A stretch of DNA of 61,873 nucleotides. Origin: Clostridiaceae bacterium. GTDB lineage: Bacteria; Bacillota; Clostridia; CAYPLH01; DUMO01. The notes below the pieces were generated by a model, which was given only the letters and a program-made list of their open reading frames with translations, was not told where the DNA came from and ran no database searches. Where the stretch lies: positions 1-61,873 of the forward strand of contig DUMO01000005.1 of the NCBI GenBank assembly GCA_012839865.1. The letters are read 5' to 3'. Below, one piece after another: positions 10,376-19,916 of the stretch. Position 1 is the first letter of the stretch. The number at the start of each line of letters is the position of its first letter. A program made the position numbers and the translations under genes.

Positions 10376-11404
10376 ATGATATTTGAAAAAGAAGACTATA
10401 GCAGCGAACCTTATTCACCTTATGTAAAGCAGCGGGAGACTTTGGATAACGGATTTTCAAAAGGATGGGGCTTTTATTTTCATCCAAATGAAGAATACTG
10501 GTTTGATGTCCACAGTCACCTTGGTCCTGTGAAATCCCACTCGGAACTTTACAAATTGTTGGATGAATGGTTTGCAAGACTTGATGCCTTCAGGCTTGGC
10601 AGGCTACTACTTATATCGCCTCTGCCTGAGGACCCTGACAAGTTTGAAATTTACAGGAACTTGACCAATCAGGATGCCGGATTCAACTGGATTTTCAGGA
10701 TGAACTTTGACAGGCCGGATTTGGATTTGTTTAAAAAAGCCCTGGAATGTAAAGCAATTGGTTTAAAATTGCATAATTCACCAATTATGAAGGGCCAGGC
10801 AAGCCCTGATATCTGGCTGGGGGATGAATGGAGCAGGATTTTTTCCCTGGCGGAGGAAAAAAACATCCCAGTTTTATGGCATGTTACCCAGAGAGTCAGC
10901 AGGTCTCCATATCATGGAGGAGGAGAGAATGCCTATTGGTCCGAAGGATGGAAGAAGGGCGTCAAGTTCACCAATGAAGACCTTCTCCAAGTATGTCTGA
11001 AATTGCTGGAGAAATATAAGAACCTCAAGATTATAGGGGCACACCAGTTTTATGTGGGGCTGGACAGGCTTGCTTCTCTTTTTGAAAGCCATGAAAACCT
11101 GTTTGTAGATACAAGTGTAGGATTTTACTTAAGATGGGCTGATGACTTGTATGAAAATGACAGGGAAATACTAAGAAATTTCTTTATTAAATACCAGGAC
11201 CGTATTTTGTTTGGTTCGGACTCCATTCTGACACCCGGAGGTATAGACGAATACCTGGTTCAGGCATTTTTGTGCCATGCAAGGTTTATAAGCAAGCTCA
11301 GGCTGCCTTATGATGTCCTGGAAAAAGTAGCCCATAAAAATACTGAGAAATTGTTCGGGCTAAAAACGATGACCGCTGAGAGAAGAGGTAATGCAAGGCC
11401 GTAA
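10376..11404 (+). CDS. Amidohydrolase_2-family metallohydrolase
   Basis: FDVHSH, GLKLH, VLWHV, IIGAH, VDTS, ILFGSDS pattern. Confidence 0.8.
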   Translation: MIFEKEDYSSEPYSPYVKQRETLDNGFSKGWGFYFHPNEEYWFDVHSHLGPVKSHSELYKLLDEWFARLDAFRLGRLLLISPLPEDPDKFEIYRNLTNQDAGFNWIFRMNFDRPDLDLFKKALECKAIGLKLHNSPIMKGQASPDIWLGDEWSRIFSLAEEKNIPVLWHVTQRVSRSPYHGGGENAYWSEGWKKGVKFTNEDLLQVCLKLLEKYKNLKIIGAHQFYVGLDRLASLFESHENLFVDTSVGFYLRWADDLYENDREILRNFFIKYQDRILFGSDSILTPGGIDEYLVQAFLCHARFISKLRLPYDVLEKVAHKNTEKLFGLKTMTAERRGNARP

Positions 11405-11416
11405 TAGCATTTTTTG

Positions 11417-13168
11417 TCAATCATCAGACATCTCACCTGTGGTTTCTTTTGATTTTACAAGACAAACCGTGTATCGATTTGTTTGAAAAGATATTGATTC
11501 AACGTTGAATGGCAGAGGGAGTTTATAGGAATTAACAGCCTCTGAGGCTGCAAATTCCAGTTCATAGACTCCCTCCATCATTCTAAAGACAGCTATTCCA
11601 TCAGCGTTTGTTACCGAATAAAAAGCCTGCCCTTCACTTTCCAAAGTACTACCGTTAAGCTTTATTATAGCTCCCTCAATGGGATTGTAGTCCCCATCCA
11701 GTACTTCAAGTTCAATAATGCCCGGTTTATTGACCTTTCTGTCCAGGTATACGGTTATTATGGTTGTACCGGATTCCTTCAGTTCAAAATAGAACGGAGA
11801 GGGCATGTAAAATTCTTCAATAGCTTCATTCTGGATAAATGAGCAACGAAATGTTCCTTTGGCCAATATAAGCTTTGTGCCATCCTCGTTTGTTGTGCCC
11901 TGTTCATTGAAAAAGCGATCCTTTTCCCATGATTCCCCGGCAACCTGAACTTCGATGCCCGTTACAGGCAATCCGGTTTCTCTTTCAACAACCCTCAGGG
12001 AAAATGCATAAATAGTACTGTTTTCAGCAGGTATAACCCTTATCTTTTGTGTATCCTTGTATGCAAGTTTATGCACTATGTCCGACAAGTTGCCGGATGT
12101 TATGCTTTTGCCTGCAGCATAGACAGTCAGGCCAAATTTAATTAAAGTAAGCAGAAACAGGATAATGGTCAATATTGATCTGATTTTTGCCATACTGAAA
12201 AAAACCCGTATGAATTGGTTTGCAAAAGTTGCAGACTTAAATTTAACAGGCATGGGCTTTTTACCAAAGAATACTTTTATTTTCCGGAGTAAATAATGTA
12301 GTAAAAATGGCAGCAACAACAGGGCAACCCCTCCCAAAACAAGGCAACGGGTAGCTGGTGTCACAGAGGCTAAAATATAAGAAGCCGATACATCCCGCTC
12401 CAGAGGCAGTGAGCTTGCAACAGGCTCAAGAAAAGCATATACTGCTGTGTGAAGAAGCAAGCCTGATACAAGGCTCAAGGCTCCACACAAGAGCAAGGAA
12501 ATCCGAAGTCTTAACCTTAAGGTTCCAGGTTTGGCACCTATGGAAATAAAGCCTGCATGGACTGCAAGAAAAGCCAGTACGCCGATGAGAGGCAAGTATT
12601 TCAGTATATTGCATATAAGTTTCACTGCCATGATACCGTCGATTATGTCATAGCGGTTTAGATAAGTGAGTATTGCCTCAAGATTAATTTTTTCAATTTT
12701 GTTGATTATATTTATACTTGCCGGAAACTCATTGCTATTTAGGGCAGGGGCTCCGGTTTCCGGTGAATTTGCCGTGTGAAAACCGGAAGTGTTTAGGTAT
12801 ATGTCCGGTAAAAAAGCAACCTCGTCGCTAAAATAGCGAAAAATACCTTCCCTTATATTATCAAGGTTTGATCGTACCATTTCACGAGTTAATTTACTGT
12901 CTATTGCACCAAGTACATTCATGAACCGGTCGGACATGTGAGGATAGTATTTCTCAACGTCCTTTAAAAGAGAAGATATTGATTCATTAACAGCTTTTTC
13001 AGCGTGGTTGTAAATGTTGTACTTCGAAAAGAGCTCCTTGTGGAACTCAGGGTTCAGTATAGTAAGGTTAATAATGGCAGAAACAATTGCCATATAAAGA
13101 CAGAGTCCTGCTATAACTGAAACTGCAACCGAAATGATTTTGCAAATGAAGAGTCGGGGTAAATTCAC
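11417..13168 (-). CDS. Uncharacterised multi-pass membrane protein with C-terminal beta-sandwich (carboxypeptidase-regulatory-like) domains
   Basis: GTG start after AAGGAG; several hydrophobic helices, then two repeats of the form V.e..tg.Pi.G..i......TnadG. Confidence 0.65.
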   Translation of the reverse strand: MNLPRLFICKIISVAVSVIAGLCLYMAIVSAIINLTILNPEFHKELFSKYNIYNHAEKAVNESISSLLKDVEKYYPHMSDRFMNVLGAIDSKLTREMVRSNLDNIREGIFRYFSDEVAFLPDIYLNTSGFHTANSPETGAPALNSNEFPASINIINKIEKINLEAILTYLNRYDIIDGIMAVKLICNILKYLPLIGVLAFLAVHAGFISIGAKPGTLRLRLRISLLLCGALSLVSGLLLHTAVYAFLEPVASSLPLERDVSASYILASVTPATRCLVLGGVALLLLPFLLHYLLRKIKVFFGKKPMPVKFKSATFANQFIRVFFSMAKIRSILTIILFLLTLIKFGLTVYAAGKSITSGNLSDIVHKLAYKDTQKIRVIPAENSTIYAFSLRVVERETGLPVTGIEVQVAGESWEKDRFFNEQGTTNEDGTKLILAKGTFRCSFIQNEAIEEFYMPSPFYFELKESGTTIITVYLDRKVNKPGIIELEVLDGDYNPIEGAIIKLNGSTLESEGQAFYSVTNADGIAVFRMMEGVYELEFAASEAVNSYKLPLPFNVESISFQTNRYTVCLVKSKETTGEMSDD

Positions 13169-13372
13169 TTATCCGGCTTCTCCTTCCTGAATGTAGCTAT
13201 TTAAAATATAGTAGGCTTGAGATAGATTATTACAATAATAATATCATAATTAAATTTTGAGTTAAAAGGTAAGTTCTGGTGCCGGTAAAATGCATGCATT
13301 TTTTTGATGCTGTATTGCAGCACCAGGGCTGTATGTCATAACCAAAAGGCCCAACCGGGAGCCTTTTGGTGT

Positions 13373-13401
13373 TTGCATACTCTTTACAAGTGTAGTATAG
13401 T
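13373..13401 (+). promoter_or_regulatory. Candidate sigmaA promoter for lipBA
   Basis: TTGCAT-17 nt-TATAGT. Confidence 0.5.
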
Positions 13402-13467
13402 ATAGACAGTAAGCTTGCGGTATGATTATTCACTTACAGAAAAACTAACTTAAAAGGAAGTATCGGG

Positions 13468-14160
13468 ATGAACATCAACGTAGTAAAACTGGGTCAAATG
13501 AGGTATTCAGAAGCCCTTGGCATTCAGGAAAAACTTCTTGCTTTGAGGCAGGAGGATGCAGTAGATGATACACTTTTAATTGTTGAACATCCCCCTGTAA
13601 TTACCCTTGGGAGAAGAGGCAAAGGGCAAAACATTCTTGTTCCTGAAGAAAAGCTTTCAGCTGAAGGTATTGAGATCTACGAAGTAAACAGGGGCGGTGA
13701 CGTAACTTATCACGGACCAGGGCAGATTGTGGGGTATCCAATAATGAACCTGAAAAATCATGGCCGTGATGTAAGAAAGTTTGTTTGGAATATTGAGGAA
13801 GTGATTATTGAACTTTTAGACAGGGAATTTGGCATAACTGCAGGCAGGATAAACGGGCTTACTGGTGTCTGGGTCAACGATGAGAAGATAACTGCAATAG
13901 GCTTTGCAATAAAACATTGGGTTACCATGCACGGGTTTGCATTTAATGTCAATACAAACCTGGAACATTTCAAATGGATAATACCTTGTGGCATAAAAGA
14001 CAAAGGTGTTACTTCGGTGGAGCGCATTTTGAACAAGCGTCAGGAATTTCAGGCTGTAGTTGATATGGTCATAAATCATTTCTGCCGTGTATTTGATATG
14101 AATCCCACCCCTGTAGATATAAATACAATTTTAAGCAAAGCAGGTGATACTGTTGAATGA
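13468..14160 (+). CDS. lipB: Lipoyl(octanoyl) transferase LipB
   Basis: [46 protein letters not shown]. Confidence 0.93.
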   Translation: MNINVVKLGQMRYSEALGIQEKLLALRQEDAVDDTLLIVEHPPVITLGRRGKGQNILVPEEKLSAEGIEIYEVNRGGDVTYHGPGQIVGYPIMNLKNHGRDVRKFVWNIEEVIIELLDREFGITAGRINGLTGVWVNDEKITAIGFAIKHWVTMHGFAFNVNTNLEHFKWIIPCGIKDKGVTSVERILNKRQEFQAVVDMVINHFCRVFDMNPTPVDINTILSKAGDTVE

Positions 14161-15013
14161 AAGAAAACCGGAATGGCTGCGGATAAAGGTAAGAGGCGGG
14201 CAGAACAATGCCTATGTTGAAAATATGCTTGAAAGGTTCAACCTTAACACGGTTTGTGAAGAAGCCAACTGTCCCAACCGGATGGAGTGCTTTGGCAGAA
14301 ATACCGCCACCTTCATGATTTTGGGAAACAACTGCACAAGAAATTGCACTTTTTGCAATGTTACCAAGAAAAAACCTGAGCCGGTGAATCAGGATGAACC
14401 TTTAAACATCTCCCGGGCTGTCAGGGAACTTGGTCTTGCCCATGTAGTCATAACCTCTGTAACAAGGGATGATTTGCCTGATGGAGGGGCAGGGCATTTC
14501 TACAATGTAATCAGAAGCATTAAAGAAAACAACCTGGATGTCACGGTGGAAGTATTGATTCCGGATTTTAAAGGAAGCCTGGAATCTTTGCGTACGGTAA
14601 TAGAAGCTAAACCGGATATAATAAACCATAACGTGGAAACAGTTCCGCGGCTGTATCCGGAAGTCCGGCCCATGGCTGTGTATGAAAGATCCCTGGAGCT
14701 ATTGGAAAGAGTTAAGAAAATTGATGAAGGGATTTATACAAAATCCGGCATAATGGTGGGTCTGGGTGAAAAAAAGGAAGAGGTTTTAGCGGTATTTGAT
14801 GACTTAAGAAAAGCAGGCTGCGATTTCCTAACCATAGGACAGTATCTTGCACCGTCAAAAAAGCATCATCCTGTTGTTGAGTACATACACCTGGATGTGT
14901 TCAGGGAATACAAAGAAATAGCATTGGAAAAGGGCTTTTTGAATGTCGCATCAGCTCCATTGGTCCGAAGCTCATACGATGCAGCCAAGATGCTGCGAAA
15001 AAGTGAACAATAA
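14153..15013 (+). CDS. lipA: Lipoyl synthase LipA
   Basis: [12 protein letters not shown] auxiliary cluster motif, radical-[11 protein letters not shown], and C-terminal VRSSY. TTG start overlaps the lipB end. Confidence 0.95.
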   Translation: MNERKPEWLRIKVRGGQNNAYVENMLERFNLNTVCEEANCPNRMECFGRNTATFMILGNNCTRNCTFCNVTKKKPEPVNQDEPLNISRAVRELGLAHVVITSVTRDDLPDGGAGHFYNVIRSIKENNLDVTVEVLIPDFKGSLESLRTVIEAKPDIINHNVETVPRLYPEVRPMAVYERSLELLERVKKIDEGIYTKSGIMVGLGEKKEEVLAVFDDLRKAGCDFLTIGQYLAPSKKHHPVVEYIHLDVFREYKEIALEKGFLNVASAPLVRSSYDAAKMLRKSEQ

Positions 15014-15021
15014 GTGAATAG

Positions 15022-15214
15022 TTTCTAAGAACAAGGCTCGTATTTTGAGAAAACGCACGGGCGTGCTGAAGGCAAAAATGCTAACGCTTTTGATGCGCCA
15101 TCCATGGCGCTAGAAGCTAAAAAAACATCCTGTTTTTTTCACGCATTTTTGCCTTCAGCTCACCTGGCTTTCCAACAAAATAAAGCCATTTGTTATTGTT
15201 CTGCACACATTTCA
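15022..15214 (-). mobile_element. Dispersed MITE-like repeat, copy 1 (long form, lacking the distal ~75 bp)
   Basis: Its reverse complement aligns with 29156-29345. It has a perfect 16-bp internal inverted repeat (15065-15080/15144-15159) and starts 9 bp after the lipA stop. Confidence 0.8.
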
Positions 15215-15430
15215 TTTTTCATACAGATTCAATCTATATATAGTTCGTACTTTCGTACAACGCGCCAATCATATTGCACTTTGCCTGAACATCGTTGTAA
15301 ATACTGAATTAGAGCCGTTTGATTATGAAATAATACTTAAGGCAGGGGCGTACTTATCGGGAAATATTTGATAGGTTATGACAGTCATGGTAACATTTAG
15401 CTACCAAATTATTTAAAAGGGTGAGCTTGA

Positions 15431-16273
15431 ATGAGACGTGGTTTTTGTATCCTTTTTCTGTTGCTATTGCCGATTTGCATGCCTGCTTGTTCAATTTCAA
15501 GAGCCAGTGCGGGCTCAGGCCTGACGCAATGCCATTTTCGGAAAAGCTATCCGGTGGACGAACCAAAAGAACTTAGAATAAGCAGCTTTGGAGGGAAGGT
15601 GGAAGCTTATTCATGGAGTAAGAATGAGGTGTGGATTGAGGTGACCGGAACAGTAAATTCAAGTGAAAAGGAGCTGAAGGAGGAGCTCTTAAGCAATATC
15701 AGAATCAATGAAGAAGAAAGCTCAAAAAACCTTTGCATTGACATAGCATACTACGGCTCCCCGAAGTACGGAAAAAAGTGCAGCGCAAATGTAGTATTGT
15801 ATCTTCCCAGGGAGTGGAGGCACTTTTCCATTAAGCTTGACAGGGGGGAACTTAATCTTATAGATGATTTCAGAGGTGTTATGAATGCAGAATTGGGTAC
15901 GGTGGATGTAAATATCAGAAGCTTTTTTGGCTTGCTGGATATCAGGAATGACAGAGGGAATGTCTGTATATCAAATGGCAAGTTAAAAACAGGTTCCCGA
16001 ATCTGTTGCAACACCGGAAATGTTAGTATTAAATCAGACCTGGAAGAAAGAGGAAACTACGAAATTGGAACAGGTTTTGGAGACATCAGGCTTCTTTTTC
16101 CTTACGGCAAGTTTTTGGAAATCAACAGCATCGGCAACATGATTAAGAATGAGTTCGCACTTGCTGATAATGTTGCAACATCTCACAACCACTCCTCATC
16201 CGGCAACCCGGTGCAAGTTAATATCAGGAGTTCTGCCGGCAGTATCAGCATTGAAAAATATGCTAAGAGATAA
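15431..16273 (+). CDS. Putative lipoprotein with DUF4097-like beta-strand repeats
   Basis: Hydrophobic signal with Cys (MPAC), repeated ...G.v.i... strands, ending IRSSAGSISIEK. Confidence 0.6.
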   Translation: MRRGFCILFLLLLPICMPACSISRASAGSGLTQCHFRKSYPVDEPKELRISSFGGKVEAYSWSKNEVWIEVTGTVNSSEKELKEELLSNIRINEEESSKNLCIDIAYYGSPKYGKKCSANVVLYLPREWRHFSIKLDRGELNLIDDFRGVMNAELGTVDVNIRSFFGLLDIRNDRGNVCISNGKLKTGSRICCNTGNVSIKSDLEERGNYEIGTGFGDIRLLFPYGKFLEINSIGNMIKNEFALADNVATSHNHSSSGNPVQVNIRSSAGSISIEKYAKR

Positions 16274-16473
16274 TGAGAACTCAAAGTACTTTTTCTTTAA
16301 TAGTGAAAGCTATTGTGTGGTATGTTAAAGAATTTGTCGAAATATTACTTTTATACATTTGATTTTTCGAGAAATAGTGGTAATATATCATTGGCTATAT
16401 TATTGCTGTCTGGAATTTTGGGTAGTTGCTGCAGCTTATTTTATATTAATAGCTAAAGGAGATAAGCGTTAAT

Positions 16474-17634
16474 ATGAGTGGGATTCAAAAAGTACCGGTA
16501 GGACCTCTGGGTATTATTGCAATGAATGGAACCGAAGAGTTGGGAAGACAGGTTAATGACTGGATATACAAAAGAAGATATGAATTTCTGGAAAGCGACG
16601 AGAAAAACATTGCTTTTCCCGGATTTTTAAGAGAATCTTTTATAATTTCGGCGGATGTTATAAGATTTGCCAATGGCGAAGGAAAAGGGGTTATCAACAG
16701 CACTGTTCGAGGACATGACATTTTTATTCTAATTGACATTGGAAATTACAACTGCAAATTCAAAATGTTTGGTATGGAATGCCCCATGAGTCCCGATGAC
16801 CACTTTCAGGATTTGAAAAGGATAATTGCAGCTATTGGAGGCAAGGCGCGCCGTATAACTGTAATAATGCCCATGCTCTATGAAGGCCGTCAGGACAGGA
16901 GACAGTCAAGGGAGTCTCTTGACTGTGCAGTTGCACTTCAGGAACTTGCGAATCTCGGAATAGACAATATCATTACCTTTGACGCCCATGAACCCAGAGT
17001 GCAAAACGCTATTCCGTTGAAGGGATTTGAAAACCTTTCTCCGGCATATCAAATAGTGAAAGCCCTTATCAACACTGAGAAAGATCTGGAACTTAACAAG
17101 GAAAAGATGATAGTGGTAAGTCCCGATGAAGGTGCCGTTGAAAGGAATATTTACTATGCCACCAGTCTGGACCTGAGCCTGAGCATGTTTTACAAGCGCA
17201 GAGACTGCACCAGGGTGGTAAATGGAAAAAATCCGATTATCAATCATGAATACCTGGGAGATGAGGTAGTAGGAAAAGATGTGCTTATAGTTGATGATAT
17301 AATATCCTCGGGTGAATCAATGCTTGATGTCGCAGAAGAGCTGAAAAGCAGAAAGGCCAGAAGAATTTTCATTGCATCTACTTTTGCACTGTTTACAAAC
17401 GGCATTGAAAGTTTCGATAAAGCTTACAAGGAAGGCATTTTTGACCGCTTGTATTCCACAAACCTTACCTACAGGAAACCTGAACTTTTAAATGCTGAGT
17501 GGTATGTTGACGTGGATCTCTCCAAGTTTTTATCGTTTATTATTGATATGCTGAACCATGATCAATCCTTGAGCTACCTGATTGATCCCAGAAATAAGAT
17601 TAATCTGTTCCTGAAGGAACGCGGACTCAGGTAA
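16474..17634 (+). CDS. prs: Ribose-phosphate pyrophosphokinase (long clostridial type)
   Basis: RFANGEGK, YEGRQD, VVSPDEGA, PRT motif VLIVDDIISSGES. Confidence 0.92.
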   Translation: MSGIQKVPVGPLGIIAMNGTEELGRQVNDWIYKRRYEFLESDEKNIAFPGFLRESFIISADVIRFANGEGKGVINSTVRGHDIFILIDIGNYNCKFKMFGMECPMSPDDHFQDLKRIIAAIGGKARRITVIMPMLYEGRQDRRQSRESLDCAVALQELANLGIDNIITFDAHEPRVQNAIPLKGFENLSPAYQIVKALINTEKDLELNKEKMIVVSPDEGAVERNIYYATSLDLSLSMFYKRRDCTRVVNGKNPIINHEYLGDEVVGKDVLIVDDIISSGESMLDVAEELKSRKARRIFIASTFALFTNGIESFDKAYKEGIFDRLYSTNLTYRKPELLNAEWYVDVDLSKFLSFIIDMLNHDQSLSYLIDPRNKINLFLKERGLR

Positions 17635-17756
17635 AAGGCAGCCTGGTTTGCTCCGGTTTTATAAATCATGGGGCTGTTGAATAATTTTTCGGATTCCAAA
17701 CTTAGAGCCATGAATTTTGCAACGAGATGAAAACCTGGGGTTCGGCATGTAAACTA

Positions 17757-18710
17757 TTAGGAAACATACCCGTAAAATTTAAGGATTTTTTCTTCTTCAT
17801 CAGTCTGATGTGCGATATCGAGATCTTTCAGCCGGATAAAGGTTGCTGCTACCAGCTTGTCAACCCAGCCGGATTTTAAAAGCCTGCTGCAACATTTGAA
17901 TGTCAGGTTGTTGTACACCGAATTCTCACTGCACTGGTAGAGAAACAACCATAGGCTTGAAGGTGGGGGGAAGATGCCAAGACTGTCCATGGAATCAAGA
18001 ATGGACAGGGCTTTTTCCAGTTTTCCGCTTTTTAAAGCTGATAAAAGGATGATATTGGTATAATCCGCTGTACAGTCCTTTGCATCCGGCAGTTTAGCAA
18101 ATTTACCCGCAACAGCTTCATTCTTCAAAACTGCACTGTCAGTTGAAGACAGTGCTTTAATCAATGCCCATCTCATATTGTCATCAAGCCCGTCCAGTAC
18201 AACACACTTTTTGAACAATTCGACTGCGGTGGAATCTTCCTGATGATTATGGAGGCAATAAATGCAAAACAAAAGATTAAGAACAGGATTGTCCGGTTGT
18301 TTTTTCAGAATCCTTTTTGCCGAGTTTATGAAATAGTTTAGAAAAACCCTTGACACCAAACTTTGACGGGCAGGGTCCAGTTTGCTGCTGTTGAACTGGC
18401 TGCTTACGATTTCTGCAATTTCCTTCTTGTAAATATTCCGCATGTTAATGCTTCTTTTATATTTGCTGCACAGGTAAACAGCCTTGATATATTTACCCTT
18501 CAGAATCAATATTTCAATGAGGCCCAACTTGGCACGGGTATAGTACCTGTCCAGTTCCAATGCCTTTTTCATATGGCTTTCCGCCTCTTTTAAATTGCTG
18601 TTCTGCATATGCAGCTTTCCGAGGCAGTAATAACCGTAGGGCTTCTCGGGGTTGTTCTTTACATAGTTTTCATATTTTAAAATTCTTATATCAGTCTTGA
18701 CAGATTCCAT
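17757..18710 (-). CDS. Tetratricopeptide-repeat / all-helical protein
   Basis: TPR-like segments (PYGYYCLGKLHMQNSNLKEAESHMKKALELD; YTRAKLGLIEILILKGKYIKA); GGAG RBS. Confidence 0.7.
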   Translation of the reverse strand: MESVKTDIRILKYENYVKNNPEKPYGYYCLGKLHMQNSNLKEAESHMKKALELDRYYTRAKLGLIEILILKGKYIKAVYLCSKYKRSINMRNIYKKEIAEIVSSQFNSSKLDPARQSLVSRVFLNYFINSAKRILKKQPDNPVLNLLFCIYCLHNHQEDSTAVELFKKCVVLDGLDDNMRWALIKALSSTDSAVLKNEAVAGKFAKLPDAKDCTADYTNIILLSALKSGKLEKALSILDSMDSLGIFPPPSSLWLFLYQCSENSVYNNLTFKCCSRLLKSGWVDKLVAATFIRLKDLDIAHQTDEEEKILKFYGYVS

Positions 18711-18781
18711 GTTATACTCCGCTTTGGATATTTATTTATAAAACAAACCGGTTGCTTCCTTCATGCTTTTATTACCTGAAC

Positions 18782-19801
18782 CTAGTTGGCAATTTCAGTT
18801 TCATCGAGATAGTCATTTATAATGCTTTGTATGTTGGAGTCCTTGATAACAACCGATATTTCTATTCTCCTGTTTTGCTGCCGCCCTGATTCGGTATCGT
18901 TGGATGCAATGGGGCGAAACTCTGAGTAACCGCTTGCAGCAAAATACTCACCATATTTATTTTCCAAACTCGGATTGAATTCCATAAGCTTGTTTACCAC
19001 ATTATAAGCTCTTTCCGCTGAAAGCTTGCGGTTGCTTTCCGGATCGCCAATTGAGTCTGTATGGCCTTCTATTACTATTGCATCAATATAATTTTTTACC
19101 TCGTTATCATCCAGCAGCTCTTCAAAGGCAAGGGATAACTGAAGAAGCAGCGGGAAGCCCACAGGTTTTATTTCAGCCTTTGCAAAGTCGAAAAACAGGC
19201 TTTCATTTATAATTATGTTTGCATTATCACCTATTGAAACAAGGGGTTCACCTTTATCATTCGAGTTGCCGATCTTTTCCTCTATGGATTTTTTGACTTT
19301 CTCAAGAACACTAATCCTGAGCAGCGCAATATCCTGAAGCTTCAAGCGAAGTTTTTCAAGTTCCGCATTACTGGCTGCAATTATCTTTTTCTGATTCTCC
19401 AATTGTTCAAGAGTAATGGCAATAAGAGTTTCCTTGTTTGCCAGTTCTGTTTCTTTAGTCAGAATTATCTGGTTCTGTTTTTCAATTTCATCACTGAGCA
19501 GTATCAGTTGAAGCTTGCTTTCTTCCAATTGAGCCTTGGTTTCCTCAATATCCACCTCAAGAAGGCGTAGTTGTTTTTCCGCTTCCTCAATTTCCAGGTT
19601 TTTTGCATCAAGTGTCAATTGTGCCTGTTCAAGGTTCAATTTTGCTGTTTCGAGGTTTTTCCCGGTTAACAGGTTTTGAATATATGTTAGCAGCATAATA
19701 AAAAACAAAATTAATACTATAGTAGATATTACGTCGGTAAAGGAAGGCCAGAAGTTTTCCGTACCGCTTAAGTTTCTGAATCTTCGCGTTCTCACCTTCA
19801 T
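18782..19801 (-). CDS. MotB/ZorB-like protein: N-terminal TM with conserved Asp, coiled coil, OmpA-type peptidoglycan-binding domain
   Basis: FWPSFTDVISTIVLILFFIMLL TM; ~110-aa heptad stretch; IEGHTD, NRKLSAERA, GYSEFRP, NRRIEI. Confidence 0.85.
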   Translation of the reverse strand: MKVRTRRFRNLSGTENFWPSFTDVISTIVLILFFIMLLTYIQNLLTGKNLETAKLNLEQAQLTLDAKNLEIEEAEKQLRLLEVDIEETKAQLEESKLQLILLSDEIEKQNQIILTKETELANKETLIAITLEQLENQKKIIAASNAELEKLRLKLQDIALLRISVLEKVKKSIEEKIGNSNDKGEPLVSIGDNANIIINESLFFDFAKAEIKPVGFPLLLQLSLAFEELLDDNEVKNYIDAIVIEGHTDSIGDPESNRKLSAERAYNVVNKLMEFNPSLENKYGEYFAASGYSEFRPIASNDTESGRQQNRRIEISVVIKDSNIQSIINDYLDETEIAN

Positions 19802-19916
19802 TTGACAAACACCCCGTTTCCGTCTGTATATTGAGGTTTAAATGATTACTTTCCTCACGCCGCTAATGTGAATCCAGGCTTGAAAAAAGCAGGCTTAATC
19901 AAGCCTTTCCCAGGGA

